From: an uncultured Solirubrobacteraceae bacterium | GTDB lineage: Bacteria > Actinomycetota > Thermoleophilia > Solirubrobacterales > Solirubrobacteraceae | Length of the DNA: 64,000 nucleotides | Reading direction: 5' to 3' | NCBI GenBank assembly: GCA_964588985.1 | Contig: CAZPQW010000013.1 | Location: 1-64,000, forward strand | Translations under genes and position numbers: made by a program | Notes under the pieces: model-generated | Told to the model about the DNA's origin: nothing | Seen by the model: only the letters and a program-made list of their open reading frames with translations | The model's database searches: none | In this document: positions 48,830 to 57,229 of the stretch, in pieces | Position numbering within the stretch: the stretch's first letter is position 1 | How the letters are laid out: every line of letters starts with the position of its first letter

Positions 48830-50498
48830 AGCGCCCCAGCAGCGCGAGCAGCGCGAGCGGGAAGAACCACGGGATGTACAGGTAGAACCAGTGTTCGATG
48901 CCCAGCTGCAGGGCGACGATCACCGCCCCGCACGCCGCCGCGAGGCCGACCAGGTCGGCGCGGCGCGGGACCACGGCCAGCAGGAGCGCCAGCGCGACCG
49001 CCATCAGCTCCACCGCCTGCTCCCAGCCGTGCAGACCGTAGAGGCCCCAGACCGAGAACGGCGAGCCGCGGTTGGCCTGGTATTCGATCGTGCGCTCGTA
49101 GATCGTGTGCAGCGTGTCGTGCCTGAGCGCCGGGATCGATGCGATTGCGGCGACGCCGAGGAAGGCGAGTCCGAACAGCGCGAACGCGCGCGGGCGTTGC
49201 CTGGCACCGGTCTGGCGCAGGCCATCGGTGGCGAGGATCGGCACGAGCGCGAGCGGCGCGAACTTCGTCAGCCCCGCCAGCGCGGCCATGGCGCCGCGCG
49301 CGGTCGGCGCGAGCCTGGAGCGGTAGCTGGCCGCGAGCAGGGCGGCGAGCACGATCACCGCGACGAGCGTGTCGTTGGCGTTGCTCTCGAGCGCGAACAG
49401 CGTGAACGGGTAGGAGACCCACGCGTAGGCGAGCACGACCCCGAGCGTCGGGCCGCGCATCCGCCGGCCGAGCAGGAACAGCAGCGCGACCGCGAGCAGG
49501 TCGAACACGATCGCCGCCGCGTGCGCGGCTGGCAGGTCGTCCCACTTGCCGCTCCAGCCGAAGATCTGCTGGAACGGGATGTAGGCCTCGTAGTTGAAGG
49601 GGCCATACGTGTCGCCGTGTTCGTTTTCGGTCGGCCAGCCTCCGTAGAGGGGCTTGTCGTGCACGATCCGCTGCGCGCCGATCACGCCCGCGTAGCCGAC
49701 GTCGATCACGTTGGAGTCGGTCACGTTCAGGCCGATGCGAAAGCCGAGCAGGAAGATCACGCCGATCGCGAGCCACGAGGTGGGGACGAGCAGGCGCAGC
49801 GGGCGGGCACGGCCGGGGCGCTCGCGTCGCAGCAGCGCGAGCATGCGCGCGAGCAGGTACAGCAGCGGCGGATACGCGAGCGGGACCGACGCGTAGATGT
49901 GCGCGTTGTTGAAGAACGCGAGCGACACCGAGAAGGACAACAGCACGAGCAGGTCGAGGTGCAGCAGCGAGAACGGCCGGCGGAAGTCGAAGAACGGCAC
50001 GAAGAACAGGAAGCACAGGGGCAGCCAGATGTAGAGCGCGTTGACGTGGCGCCCGAACGCGCCCGGGTAGCCGCGCGCCATCGTCCACGGAACCTGGAAG
50101 CCGGTCCACTGTTCGATCACGCGGCCGGTCGCGTCGTCGATCGTCACCTGGCCGATCTCCTTCTTGCCGCCGCGGGAGAAGTAGCTGACCTGCCAGCGAA
50201 ACGCGCCCTTCAGATAGGCGCCGCCGTAGGAGCCGCGGTATTCCCTCTGCACCGCTCGCATCTTCGGCAGCTTTGCGGCGATCGCCAGCACGCGATTGGC
50301 CGACAGCCTGCGTCCCGCGGGCGGAGTGTCAGAGGCCGGGACGGGGATCGGCGATTCCGAGGTGGTGCCCGTCGTCTTGGCGGTGGAGCGCGTGGTCGTG
50401 GAGCGCGTCGCGGTGGACGCGCTCGACGCTACTGGGGCCAAGCCTCCGGCGAGCAGGCAGACCAGCGCGCAGGCGAGGGTTACCGACGATCGGCGCAC
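48747..50498 (-). CDS. GT87-like (GT-C) membrane glycosyltransferase with N-terminal extracellular domain
   Basis: Signal peptide; VTIDDATGRV small domain; DVGY...PLY, DTYGP, NAND, TKFAPL and YIPWF; multi-TM. Confidence 0.75.
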   Translation of the reverse strand: MRRSSVTLACALVCLLAGGLAPVASSASTATRSTTTRSTAKTTGTTSESPIPVPASDTPPAGRRLSANRVLAIAAKLPKMRAVQREYRGSYGGAYLKGAFRWQVSYFSRGGKKEIGQVTIDDATGRVIEQWTGFQVPWTMARGYPGAFGRHVNALYIWLPLCFLFFVPFFDFRRPFSLLHLDLLVLLSFSVSLAFFNNAHIYASVPLAYPPLLYLLARMLALLRRERPGRARPLRLLVPTSWLAIGVIFLLGFRIGLNVTDSNVIDVGYAGVIGAQRIVHDKPLYGGWPTENEHGDTYGPFNYEAYIPFQQIFGWSGKWDDLPAAHAAAIVFDLLAVALLFLLGRRMRGPTLGVVLAYAWVSYPFTLFALESNANDTLVAVIVLAALLAASYRSRLAPTARGAMAALAGLTKFAPLALVPILATDGLRQTGARQRPRAFALFGLAFLGVAAIASIPALRHDTLHTIYERTIEYQANRGSPFSVWGLYGLHGWEQAVELMAVALALLLAVVPRRADLVGLAAACGAVIVALQLGIEHWFYLYIPWFFPLALLALLGRFSSGTAQEPDAASAPARSSLPAVAASS

Positions 50499-50507
50499 GA
50501 GGCGAGG

Positions 50508-52010
50508 TTAACGCCCGGGGTGCGCAACCCCGAAGTGCTCGAGCACGAGCGGCGCGACGTCCGCGATCCCCCACTGCTCGGGCTCCGGATCCGGCAGTCG
50601 CACGCCGCTGAGCACGAGCGCGCCGAGCGAGTCGCTGGCGTGCAGCGAGCCGTGGCTGCCACCTCCGACGTGAGCCTGGCGGCCCCAGTCGACGAACTCG
50701 TATCCCGGTGCGGCCGACAGCAGCACGTCGCCCGAGCTCGAGCACGTGAGCGCCGCCCACGTGCGCGCGAGCGCGTCCGGGTATTCGGGACTCAGCAGGC
50801 GCCCGTCCTCGATCGTGGCTCCGATCGCCGCGAGCGCCCCCTCGACGTTCCACGACGCGCCACGCAGGTCGATCAGCGGGCCGTCGGGGGCGAAGCGCAG
50901 CTCACCGTGCAGCGGGCTCGCGATGACGCCCTCGCGCGGGGCTTCGTGCGCGTCGCGCTCGAGCCACATCACGAGGTCCACGCCGTCGATCGAAAGCGCC
51001 CGTGCGACCACAGAGGCGCGCATCGCGTCGCGTTCAGATCGGTGCAGCGCGTAGACCATCGCCGCGCGCTGGGAGGGACACACCGCGATCCGCGCGTCCT
51101 CGTCGGCGTCCTGGGTGGAGCGTCCCGGCCCGAGCACGTCCAGCTCGGCGAGCTCGTCCTGCAGGGCTATCGACGCGGTGACGTGCGCCTGCGAGTGGTC
51201 GGCCATCACGATCACCGCGTGCTCGCGCAGGAACTCGTCCACGCCGCCGGCCGCGTTCATCACGCGCGCCAGCTGCAGGTCTGCCTGGCCGATCGACTGG
51301 ACCTGCGCGTCGGGGCCGCGCTTGTGCGAGTACCAGTCGTTGTCGGGCAGCGACAGCAGCAGGAAGTCGAACAGGTCGTTCTCGACGAGGTACGCCGACA
51401 CGCAGCCGGAGTGGCGGTCGCGCACGCCTGGCATCCCCAGCCCGGAGCGGCAGCCGGTGCGGCGCGAGGCGAAGATGTCGGCATAGAACAGCTCGCGGGG
51501 GCCGAGAACGGGGTGGCGTATGAGCGTGGAGGCGACGCGCGTGAGGGTGGTGTCGCGCTGGGGCTCGTGGCGGTGGCGCCCGCGGTACATCAGGTAGGTG
51601 GTACCGGCGGTGCGCACGTCGGCGTCGTCGAGCGACTCGAAAACCGTCAGCGTCTCGGCGGCGAGATGGGCGCGGTTCATGTTGTAGACCGTGTCCGTCA
51701 GCTGCCGTGCGATGCCGAAGCGCTGCGCGGCTCGAAAGCTCGACCCGTACTCGACGTAGCGGCGCTCCTCGCGGTGAAACCAGTTCATCCCCGGAATCAG
51801 GTGCGCGTCCTGTCGCACTCCCGTGACGATCGACGCCGCGCACACGGGCGTGACCGAGGGAAACGCGGCCACGCAGTCAGACACGTACCGCCCATCCTGC
51901 ACGAGCCGCTCGAGCGTCGGCGCCACACCCGCCTCGATCGCCCGCTCGAGCGCCGCGGGGGCCATCGCGTCGATCACGCACAGGACGAGCTTGGGCGGGG
52001 CGGCGCTCAC
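50508..52010 (-). CDS. Alkaline phosphatase superfamily (nucleotide pyrophosphatase/phosphodiesterase-like)
   Basis: LCVIDAM, FPSVTP, PDNDWYSH, MADHS, GGSHGSL. Confidence 0.9.
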   Translation of the reverse strand: MSAAPPKLVLCVIDAMAPAALERAIEAGVAPTLERLVQDGRYVSDCVAAFPSVTPVCAASIVTGVRQDAHLIPGMNWFHREERRYVEYGSSFRAAQRFGIARQLTDTVYNMNRAHLAAETLTVFESLDDADVRTAGTTYLMYRGRHRHEPQRDTTLTRVASTLIRHPVLGPRELFYADIFASRRTGCRSGLGMPGVRDRHSGCVSAYLVENDLFDFLLLSLPDNDWYSHKRGPDAQVQSIGQADLQLARVMNAAGGVDEFLREHAVIVMADHSQAHVTASIALQDELAELDVLGPGRSTQDADEDARIAVCPSQRAAMVYALHRSERDAMRASVVARALSIDGVDLVMWLERDAHEAPREGVIASPLHGELRFAPDGPLIDLRGASWNVEGALAAIGATIEDGRLLSPEYPDALARTWAALTCSSSGDVLLSAAPGYEFVDWGRQAHVGGGSHGSLHASDSLGALVLSGVRLPDPEPEQWGIADVAPLVLEHFGVAHPGR

Positions 52011-52023
52011 GTGCGGGCCGCCA

Positions 52024-52650
52024 TCAGCGGCGCAGGATGCGCAGCCCGGCGTACTTCTGGTCGGAGCGCCCGCGGCCACGCCACGCGAACCAGGCGAGTA
52101 GCGCGATCGCCACGTAGCCGAGCGGATGCAGCGCCGCGACGAGCGCCGCGAGCAGCAGCGCGGCGGCGTCGAGGTAGATGGTAAGCGCCTCGCGCGCCGA
52201 GCGGTCGGTGAGGCGCGCGCGAGCGCGAGCGATCACAGGCCCGGATGCGCGTTGGGCTACTCCCACGACGATGAATCCGGCGAAGATCCCCGGCCACTGA
52301 TCGTCGCCGTGGCCCGCGAGGGTTCCGGCGAACAGCAGGGCTCCGGCGCCGTACGCGAGCCCCACGAGCGAAGCCGCGAGCGGGTCGGCCTTCTGCTTGT
52401 CCTGACTGGGGTCGAGCGTCGGCGCGAGCCTCAGCACGAGCTGCAGGGCGTACGCGACGACGAGCGCGAGGACGACCACGAGCAGCCACCAGGTGGACTG
52501 CAGGAAACGAAAGCTCCCGTGAGCGAAGGTGACGTCCAGCGCATTGGAGGACGCCAGCGCACCGGCGAGCAGCACCGGCAGGAACGGGCGCAGCCCGCAC
52601 GCCGCTGCGAGGCCGATGCCGAGTCCTATGTCGAAGAAGGTTCCGTGCAT
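52024..52650 (-). CDS. DUF4126-like membrane protein
   Basis: GIGLAAACGLRPFLPVL N-terminal pattern; multi-TM. Confidence 0.7.
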   Translation of the reverse strand: MHGTFFDIGLGIGLAAACGLRPFLPVLLAGALASSNALDVTFAHGSFRFLQSTWWLLVVVLALVVAYALQLVLRLAPTLDPSQDKQKADPLAASLVGLAYGAGALLFAGTLAGHGDDQWPGIFAGFIVVGVAQRASGPVIARARARLTDRSAREALTIYLDAAALLLAALVAALHPLGYVAIALLAWFAWRGRGRSDQKYAGLRILRR

Positions 52651-52686
52651 GCAGGGTGCCCGTGGGGGGTGCGCTACCGTGCGTGG

Positions 52687-54129
52687 ATGCGCGGGCAGGA
52701 CGATAGACGACGCGCTCGGCCGGCAGCGCACGAGCTCGCACGCTACGAGGCGTTGTTCGCCTCGCGCACGCGCGGCATGAAAAGCTCGGCGATGCGCGAG
52801 ATGATGGCGCTGACCGAGCGCCCGGATGTGATCTCGCTCGCGGGCGGGCTGCCCGACACCTCGACGTTCGCGCCGGAGCTGTACGCGAAGCTGATGGCGA
52901 AGGTCGCCGCCGAGTCCGCGGCGCGCGCGCTGCAGTACGGGCCGACCGAGGGGATGGCGGTGGCGGTCGACTGCATCGTCGAGGTGATGGCCACCGAGGG
53001 AACGTCGGTCAACGCGGCTGACGTGATCGTCACGACCGGCGGTCAGCAGGTGATCGACCTGGTGTGCAAGACGCTGATCGACCCGGGCGACGTGATCGTC
53101 GCCGAGGCGCCCACCTACCCCGGAGCGGTGCCCACGTTCAGCGCCTACCAGGCGGATGTCGTGCAGATCGAGATGGACAGCGACGGGATGCCGATCGACG
53201 AGCTCGAGAGCACGTTGGACCGGCTGCAGAGCGAAGGGCGCAGCCCAAAGTTCATCTACACGATCCCCAACTTCCAGAACCCGGGCGGGGTGACGATGTC
53301 TCTACCCCGCCGCCGGCGCCTGGTCGAGGTGGCGCGCGAGCGCGAGCTGCTGGTGCTCGAGGACAACCCCTACGGCCTGCTGCGCTACGAGGGCGAGGCG
53401 CTGCCGACGCTCTACTCGCTGGACGCCGCGAACGCCGGTAAGAGCGGGGCGTCGGACCTGGTGATCTACCTGGGCACGTTCTCGAAGATCCTCTCGCCCG
53501 GGCTGCGCCTCGGCTGGGCGGTAGCGCCGCGCCCGGTGCTGGAGAAGCTCAACCTGGGCAAACAGGGCGCGGACCTGTGCAGCTCGCCGATGACACAGCT
53601 GTTCGTGGCCGCGTACTTCCTCGAGCGCACCCCCGAGGGGGGCCCGGCGTGGATCGAGTACGTGGAGCGCTTGAGGGACCTCTACCGGAGCCGGCGCGAC
53701 GTGATGCTCGAGGCGCTGGAGGAGCACTTCGGGGGGCGGGCGACGTGGACGCGACCGGAGGGCGGGCTGTTCATCTGGGCGACGTTGGACGGCAGCGTCG
53801 ACACGACCGACCTGATGGCGCGCAGCGAGGGCGTGGCGTTCGTGCCCGGACGCGCCGCGTACACCGACGGGCGACGCGGAAGCTCCTCGATGCGCCTGAA
53901 CTTCGCCGGCGTCCCGGAGGAGGACATCCGCGAGGGGATCCGGCGGATCGGCCGGATCATGGGCGGCGACACGGGCCTGCTCGGCACGTTGACCGGATCC
54001 AAGCCGGCGTCCTCGGAGGCTCCCAGCGAGCCCACGCCGAAGGTCGACGAGAGCGCCGGACTGGCGGACGTGGTGGAGCTGCCTCGGCGCGACCAGCCCG
54101 CTCAGACGCGCCGACGACAGGATCGATGA
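52687..54129 (+). CDS. PLP-dependent aminotransferase (2-aminoadipate/aromatic, class I)
   Basis: ISLAGGLP, LQYGPTEG, PNFQNPGG, EDNPY, GTFSKILSPGLRLGW. Confidence 0.93.
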   Translation: MRGQDDRRRARPAAHELARYEALFASRTRGMKSSAMREMMALTERPDVISLAGGLPDTSTFAPELYAKLMAKVAAESAARALQYGPTEGMAVAVDCIVEVMATEGTSVNAADVIVTTGGQQVIDLVCKTLIDPGDVIVAEAPTYPGAVPTFSAYQADVVQIEMDSDGMPIDELESTLDRLQSEGRSPKFIYTIPNFQNPGGVTMSLPRRRRLVEVARERELLVLEDNPYGLLRYEGEALPTLYSLDAANAGKSGASDLVIYLGTFSKILSPGLRLGWAVAPRPVLEKLNLGKQGADLCSSPMTQLFVAAYFLERTPEGGPAWIEYVERLRDLYRSRRDVMLEALEEHFGGRATWTRPEGGLFIWATLDGSVDTTDLMARSEGVAFVPGRAAYTDGRRGSSSMRLNFAGVPEEDIREGIRRIGRIMGGDTGLLGTLTGSKPASSEAPSEPTPKVDESAGLADVVELPRRDQPAQTRRRQDR

Positions 54130-55100
54130 GCGCCGCGAAGAAGGTCGCCGTGCTCAAGGGCGGCGGGTCCCTGGAGCGAACGGTGTCGCTGCGCTCGGGC
54201 GCCCGGGCGCAGGAAGCCCTGGGGCGGCTGGGTCACGAGGTGATCGCGATCGACGCGGGCTCGGAGTTCGTCGAGCAGATGCACGAGTGCAGGCCCGACG
54301 CGGCGTTCGTCGCCCTGCATGGCCGCGACGGCGAGGACGGGACCATCCAGGGGCTGCTGGAGACGATCGGGGTGCCCTACACCGGCTCGGGCCCCGGGGC
54401 GTGCATGCGCTGTACCGACAAGGCGCTAGCGAAGTACCTGATGCGCGAGGCGGGCATTCCCACGCCTGACTTCACGTCCTTCAAGGAGAGCGCGATCAAA
54501 GAGCTGGGAGTGGCGGCGGCGCTTGGAGACGTCGAGCGGACGCTCGGCTTCCCGATGGTCGTCAAGCCGGCGAGCCAGGGCTCGGCGCTGGGCGTGAAGT
54601 TCGCTCGCTCGAGCGAGGAGCTGCCGGGGGCGATCGTGGGGGCCCTCTCCTACGACCGCAAGGTGGTGATCGAGCGCTACGTCAAGGGCCGTGACCTCGC
54701 GGTATCGATTCTCGACTCCGACTCGGAGATGAGATCCCCGCCCGCCCCGCCGGTGGCACTGCCGGTCGTCGAGGCGATCCCGCGCGAAGAGGAGTTCTAC
54801 AACTACGAGTCGCGATACGAGATCGGCATGACCACGTTCGTGTGTCCAGCCAAGCTGCCCGAGGAGACGACCGCACGGGCGCAGGAGCTGGCGCTCGCGA
54901 CGTACAGGCTGCTCGGCTGCCACGGCGTCGCCCGCGTCGACCTGATGCTCGACGAGGAGACCGGTGAGCTGTCGGTGCTCGAGACGAACGTCGGCCCGGG
55001 CCTGACCGAAACGAGCCTGCTGCCGCTCGCCGCCGATGCCGCGGGGATCGGCTTCGACGAGCTGGTCGGGCGGATCCTGCAGAGCGCCTTTACGCGCTAG
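54126..55100 (+). CDS. ddl: D-alanine--D-alanine ligase
   Basis: ERTVSLRSG, LHGRDGEDG, VKPASQGSALG, FYNYESRY, LETNVGPGLTETS. Confidence 0.93.
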   Translation: MSAAKKVAVLKGGGSLERTVSLRSGARAQEALGRLGHEVIAIDAGSEFVEQMHECRPDAAFVALHGRDGEDGTIQGLLETIGVPYTGSGPGACMRCTDKALAKYLMREAGIPTPDFTSFKESAIKELGVAAALGDVERTLGFPMVVKPASQGSALGVKFARSSEELPGAIVGALSYDRKVVIERYVKGRDLAVSILDSDSEMRSPPAPPVALPVVEAIPREEEFYNYESRYEIGMTTFVCPAKLPEETTARAQELALATYRLLGCHGVARVDLMLDEETGELSVLETNVGPGLTETSLLPLAADAAGIGFDELVGRILQSAFTR

Positions 55101-55588
55101 CTGTCGCCCGCCGCGAAATCCTCCGGAGACACCTGGTCGAGGAACTCCTTGAACTTCTCGACGACGTCCTCGGACTCGTCGACGTCGTGCTCGAACTCGA
55201 TCGCGGACTCGGAGATGACCTCCTCGGCGGCGAAGATCGGCGCTCCGGAGCGGACCGCGAGCGCGATCGCGTCGCTCGGACGCGAGTCGATCTCCAGCTC
55301 GCGGCCGTTGACGCTGAGCGTGATCGACGCGAAGAACGTGTTCTCGCGCAGCTCGGTGACCGACACCTGCGTGCACTTGACGTCGAGCTCGCCGAGGATG
55401 TCGCTCAGCAGGTCGTGGGTCATCGGGCGTGGGGTGCCGGCACCCTGGAGCTTCATCAGGATCGAGGCGGCCTCGGGATGCCCGATCCAGATCGGCAGGA
55501 ACTTGTTGCCGTCGACCGTCTTCAGGAGCACGATCGGCTGCTTGCCGACCATGTCGAAACTGACGCCGTAGATGACCATCTCCTGCAC
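55097..55588 (-). CDS. Bifunctional nuclease family (DUF151)
   Basis: LPIWIGHPEA, RPMTHDL, IDSRPSDAIALAVR. Confidence 0.93.
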   Translation of the reverse strand: MQEMVIYGVSFDMVGKQPIVLLKTVDGNKFLPIWIGHPEAASILMKLQGAGTPRPMTHDLLSDILGELDVKCTQVSVTELRENTFFASITLSVNGRELEIDSRPSDAIALAVRSGAPIFAAEEVISESAIEFEHDVDESEDVVEKFKEFLDQVSPEDFAAGDS

Positions 55589-55684
55589 AAGGATCCTCCG
55601 AGAGGGGAAGTCAGAGTATAGGTGCCGACTGGTCCGCCGACCAGCCGCGACGCGGCTCGGCGACGGGCATACGGACCTGGGAAA

Positions 55685-56137
55685 TCACGCTCGAGCCCGG
55701 AAGCTCCAGAGCTTGTTGCCGAGGAAGTTCAGAGGGGTGGCCGCCGCGACGGCGAGCGCCTGGGCGGGCACCTTCGAGAGGCCGGCCGACTCGACGAACA
55801 GCGTCAGCAGCAGCTGGCTGAAGACGAACGCGACGAGACTCACGGCCAGGAAGCGGACGGCCTGTGCGTGGGCGCGCTCTCCACCCGCGTCGAACGTCCA
55901 ATGGCGGTTGAGCACGAAGTTATTGGCCACCGCGACCAGCCACGCGCCCGCCGAGGCCACGTGGTACTCGACGCTCAGTGGATGCACGAGCAGCGCGTAC
56001 ACCGCGAGGTTGACCGCGAAGCCGACCCCTCCGACGAGGCCGAAGCGGACCAGTTGCAACCAGTTGGCGGGCCTGCGCATGCCGTCGATCAGGCGTACGT
56101 GCGGCCGGATCTCCACAGCCGTGGCGTCCTCGCGCAT
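55685..56137 (-). CDS. GtrA family membrane protein
   Basis: QLVRFGLVG, NNFVLNRHWTF, NFLGNKLWSF. Confidence 0.92.
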   Translation of the reverse strand: MREDATAVEIRPHVRLIDGMRRPANWLQLVRFGLVGGVGFAVNLAVYALLVHPLSVEYHVASAGAWLVAVANNFVLNRHWTFDAGGERAHAQAVRFLAVSLVAFVFSQLLLTLFVESAGLSKVPAQALAVAAATPLNFLGNKLWSFRARA

Positions 56138-56188
56138 CGCTTCAGGGTAGCGACCCCGACCGGCGGACGCTGACGCTAGCCTAGGTGT

Positions 56189-56989
56189 GTGAGCATCTGG
56201 AGCAAGGTTCTCCTCTCGTGCGTCTGCCCGCTGGCTGTGCTGGCCCTGTCGGCGTGCGGAGAAGCGACCGCGGGCGGAGCCGGCAAGGCCGTCGCGAGCG
56301 TCACGCCCCACGGCGCGGGGACGGGAGCCGCGGGCAACTCCCGCACGGCGACGGGCGCCCAAGGCACGTTCAAGGAGGTCGCCGACCCGACCGAAGCAAG
56401 TGCCCACCCGGTCGTTGGCGCGGTTCATCACGCGGCTGCGAAGACCCCCGAAAAGGCGGGCGCCGTGGTCGCTGCCGGAGCGCTGTCGGACGCGGAAGTC
56501 AAGCGCGAGCTGGCGCAGATGCACGCGGTGCAGCGCAGCGCCAAGCAGGCTCAGCAGCATCAGTTGATCCCGGTCCCGGGCGGTCAGTCGATTGGAGGCG
56601 ACGGGACGCTGCCAATTCCCACGAACGTGCCCGAAGTGATCCAGAAGGTCGTCGCGGGCGCGAATGAGATCACGGACTTCCCGTACGTGTTCGGGGGCGG
56701 TCACGCGTCGTTCGTCGACAACGCGTACGACTGCTCGGGGTCGGTGAGCTACGCGCTCGCCGCCGGTGGCCTGCTGAGCGCTCCGGAGACCTCCGGGGAA
56801 CTGGAGAGCTGGGGAGCGCCCGGCCCTGGTAAGTACATCACCGTGTACGCCAACGCGGGGCACACGTACATGTACGTCGACGGGATCCTCTACGACACCG
56901 CGGGACGCAGCGGCACGTACGCGTCGCGCTGGCAGGTCGGCGGGACCGACAACTCGGGATATGTCGTGCGTCACTACCCCGGCCTCTAG
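56189..56989 (+). CDS. NlpC/P60-like cell-wall peptidase, lipoprotein
   Basis: LSAC lipobox; PYVFGGGH, YDCSGSVSYAL, GHTYM. Confidence 0.88.
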   Translation: MSIWSKVLLSCVCPLAVLALSACGEATAGGAGKAVASVTPHGAGTGAAGNSRTATGAQGTFKEVADPTEASAHPVVGAVHHAAAKTPEKAGAVVAAGALSDAEVKRELAQMHAVQRSAKQAQQHQLIPVPGGQSIGGDGTLPIPTNVPEVIQKVVAGANEITDFPYVFGGGHASFVDNAYDCSGSVSYALAAGGLLSAPETSGELESWGAPGPGKYITVYANAGHTYMYVDGILYDTAGRSGTYASRWQVGGTDNSGYVVRHYPGL

Positions 56990-57003
56990 AGGCCTCGCCG
57001 CAG

Positions 57004-57183
57004 ATGCACCTCGCAGCTCTGATCCTTGCCCTCGACGGAGAATCCGCCAACGCCAGCAACACGGGCCTGGCGGTGATCTCGATCGTGTCGATCGTCAGCG
57101 GCTATCTGTTGCTGGCGGGGCTGTGGTTCTTCGTGTTCAGCAGCAAAGCGCGTGAGCGCCGCGAGAAGAGCTCCGGAGACTGA
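57004..57183 (+). CDS. Small single-TM protein (59 aa)
   Basis: Manual translation MHLAALILALDGESANASNTGLAVISIVSIVSGYLLLAGLWFFVFSSKARERREKSSGD; TM followed by a basic tail. Confidence 0.65.
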   Translation: MHLAALILALDGESANASNTGLAVISIVSIVSGYLLLAGLWFFVFSSKARERREKSSGD

Positions 57184-57229
57184 ACGGGGCGCCGTCGATG
57201 CCGCACCTCGGAGTGAGGCGCGGAGCCCC

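Noticed and set aside
48891-52184. 1097-aa ORF and other long Arg/Ala-rich ORFs (e.g. 13354-15102, 38727-40775, 60372-62222)
   Set aside because: Off-frame or antisense shadows of real genes, expected at high GC; no motifs
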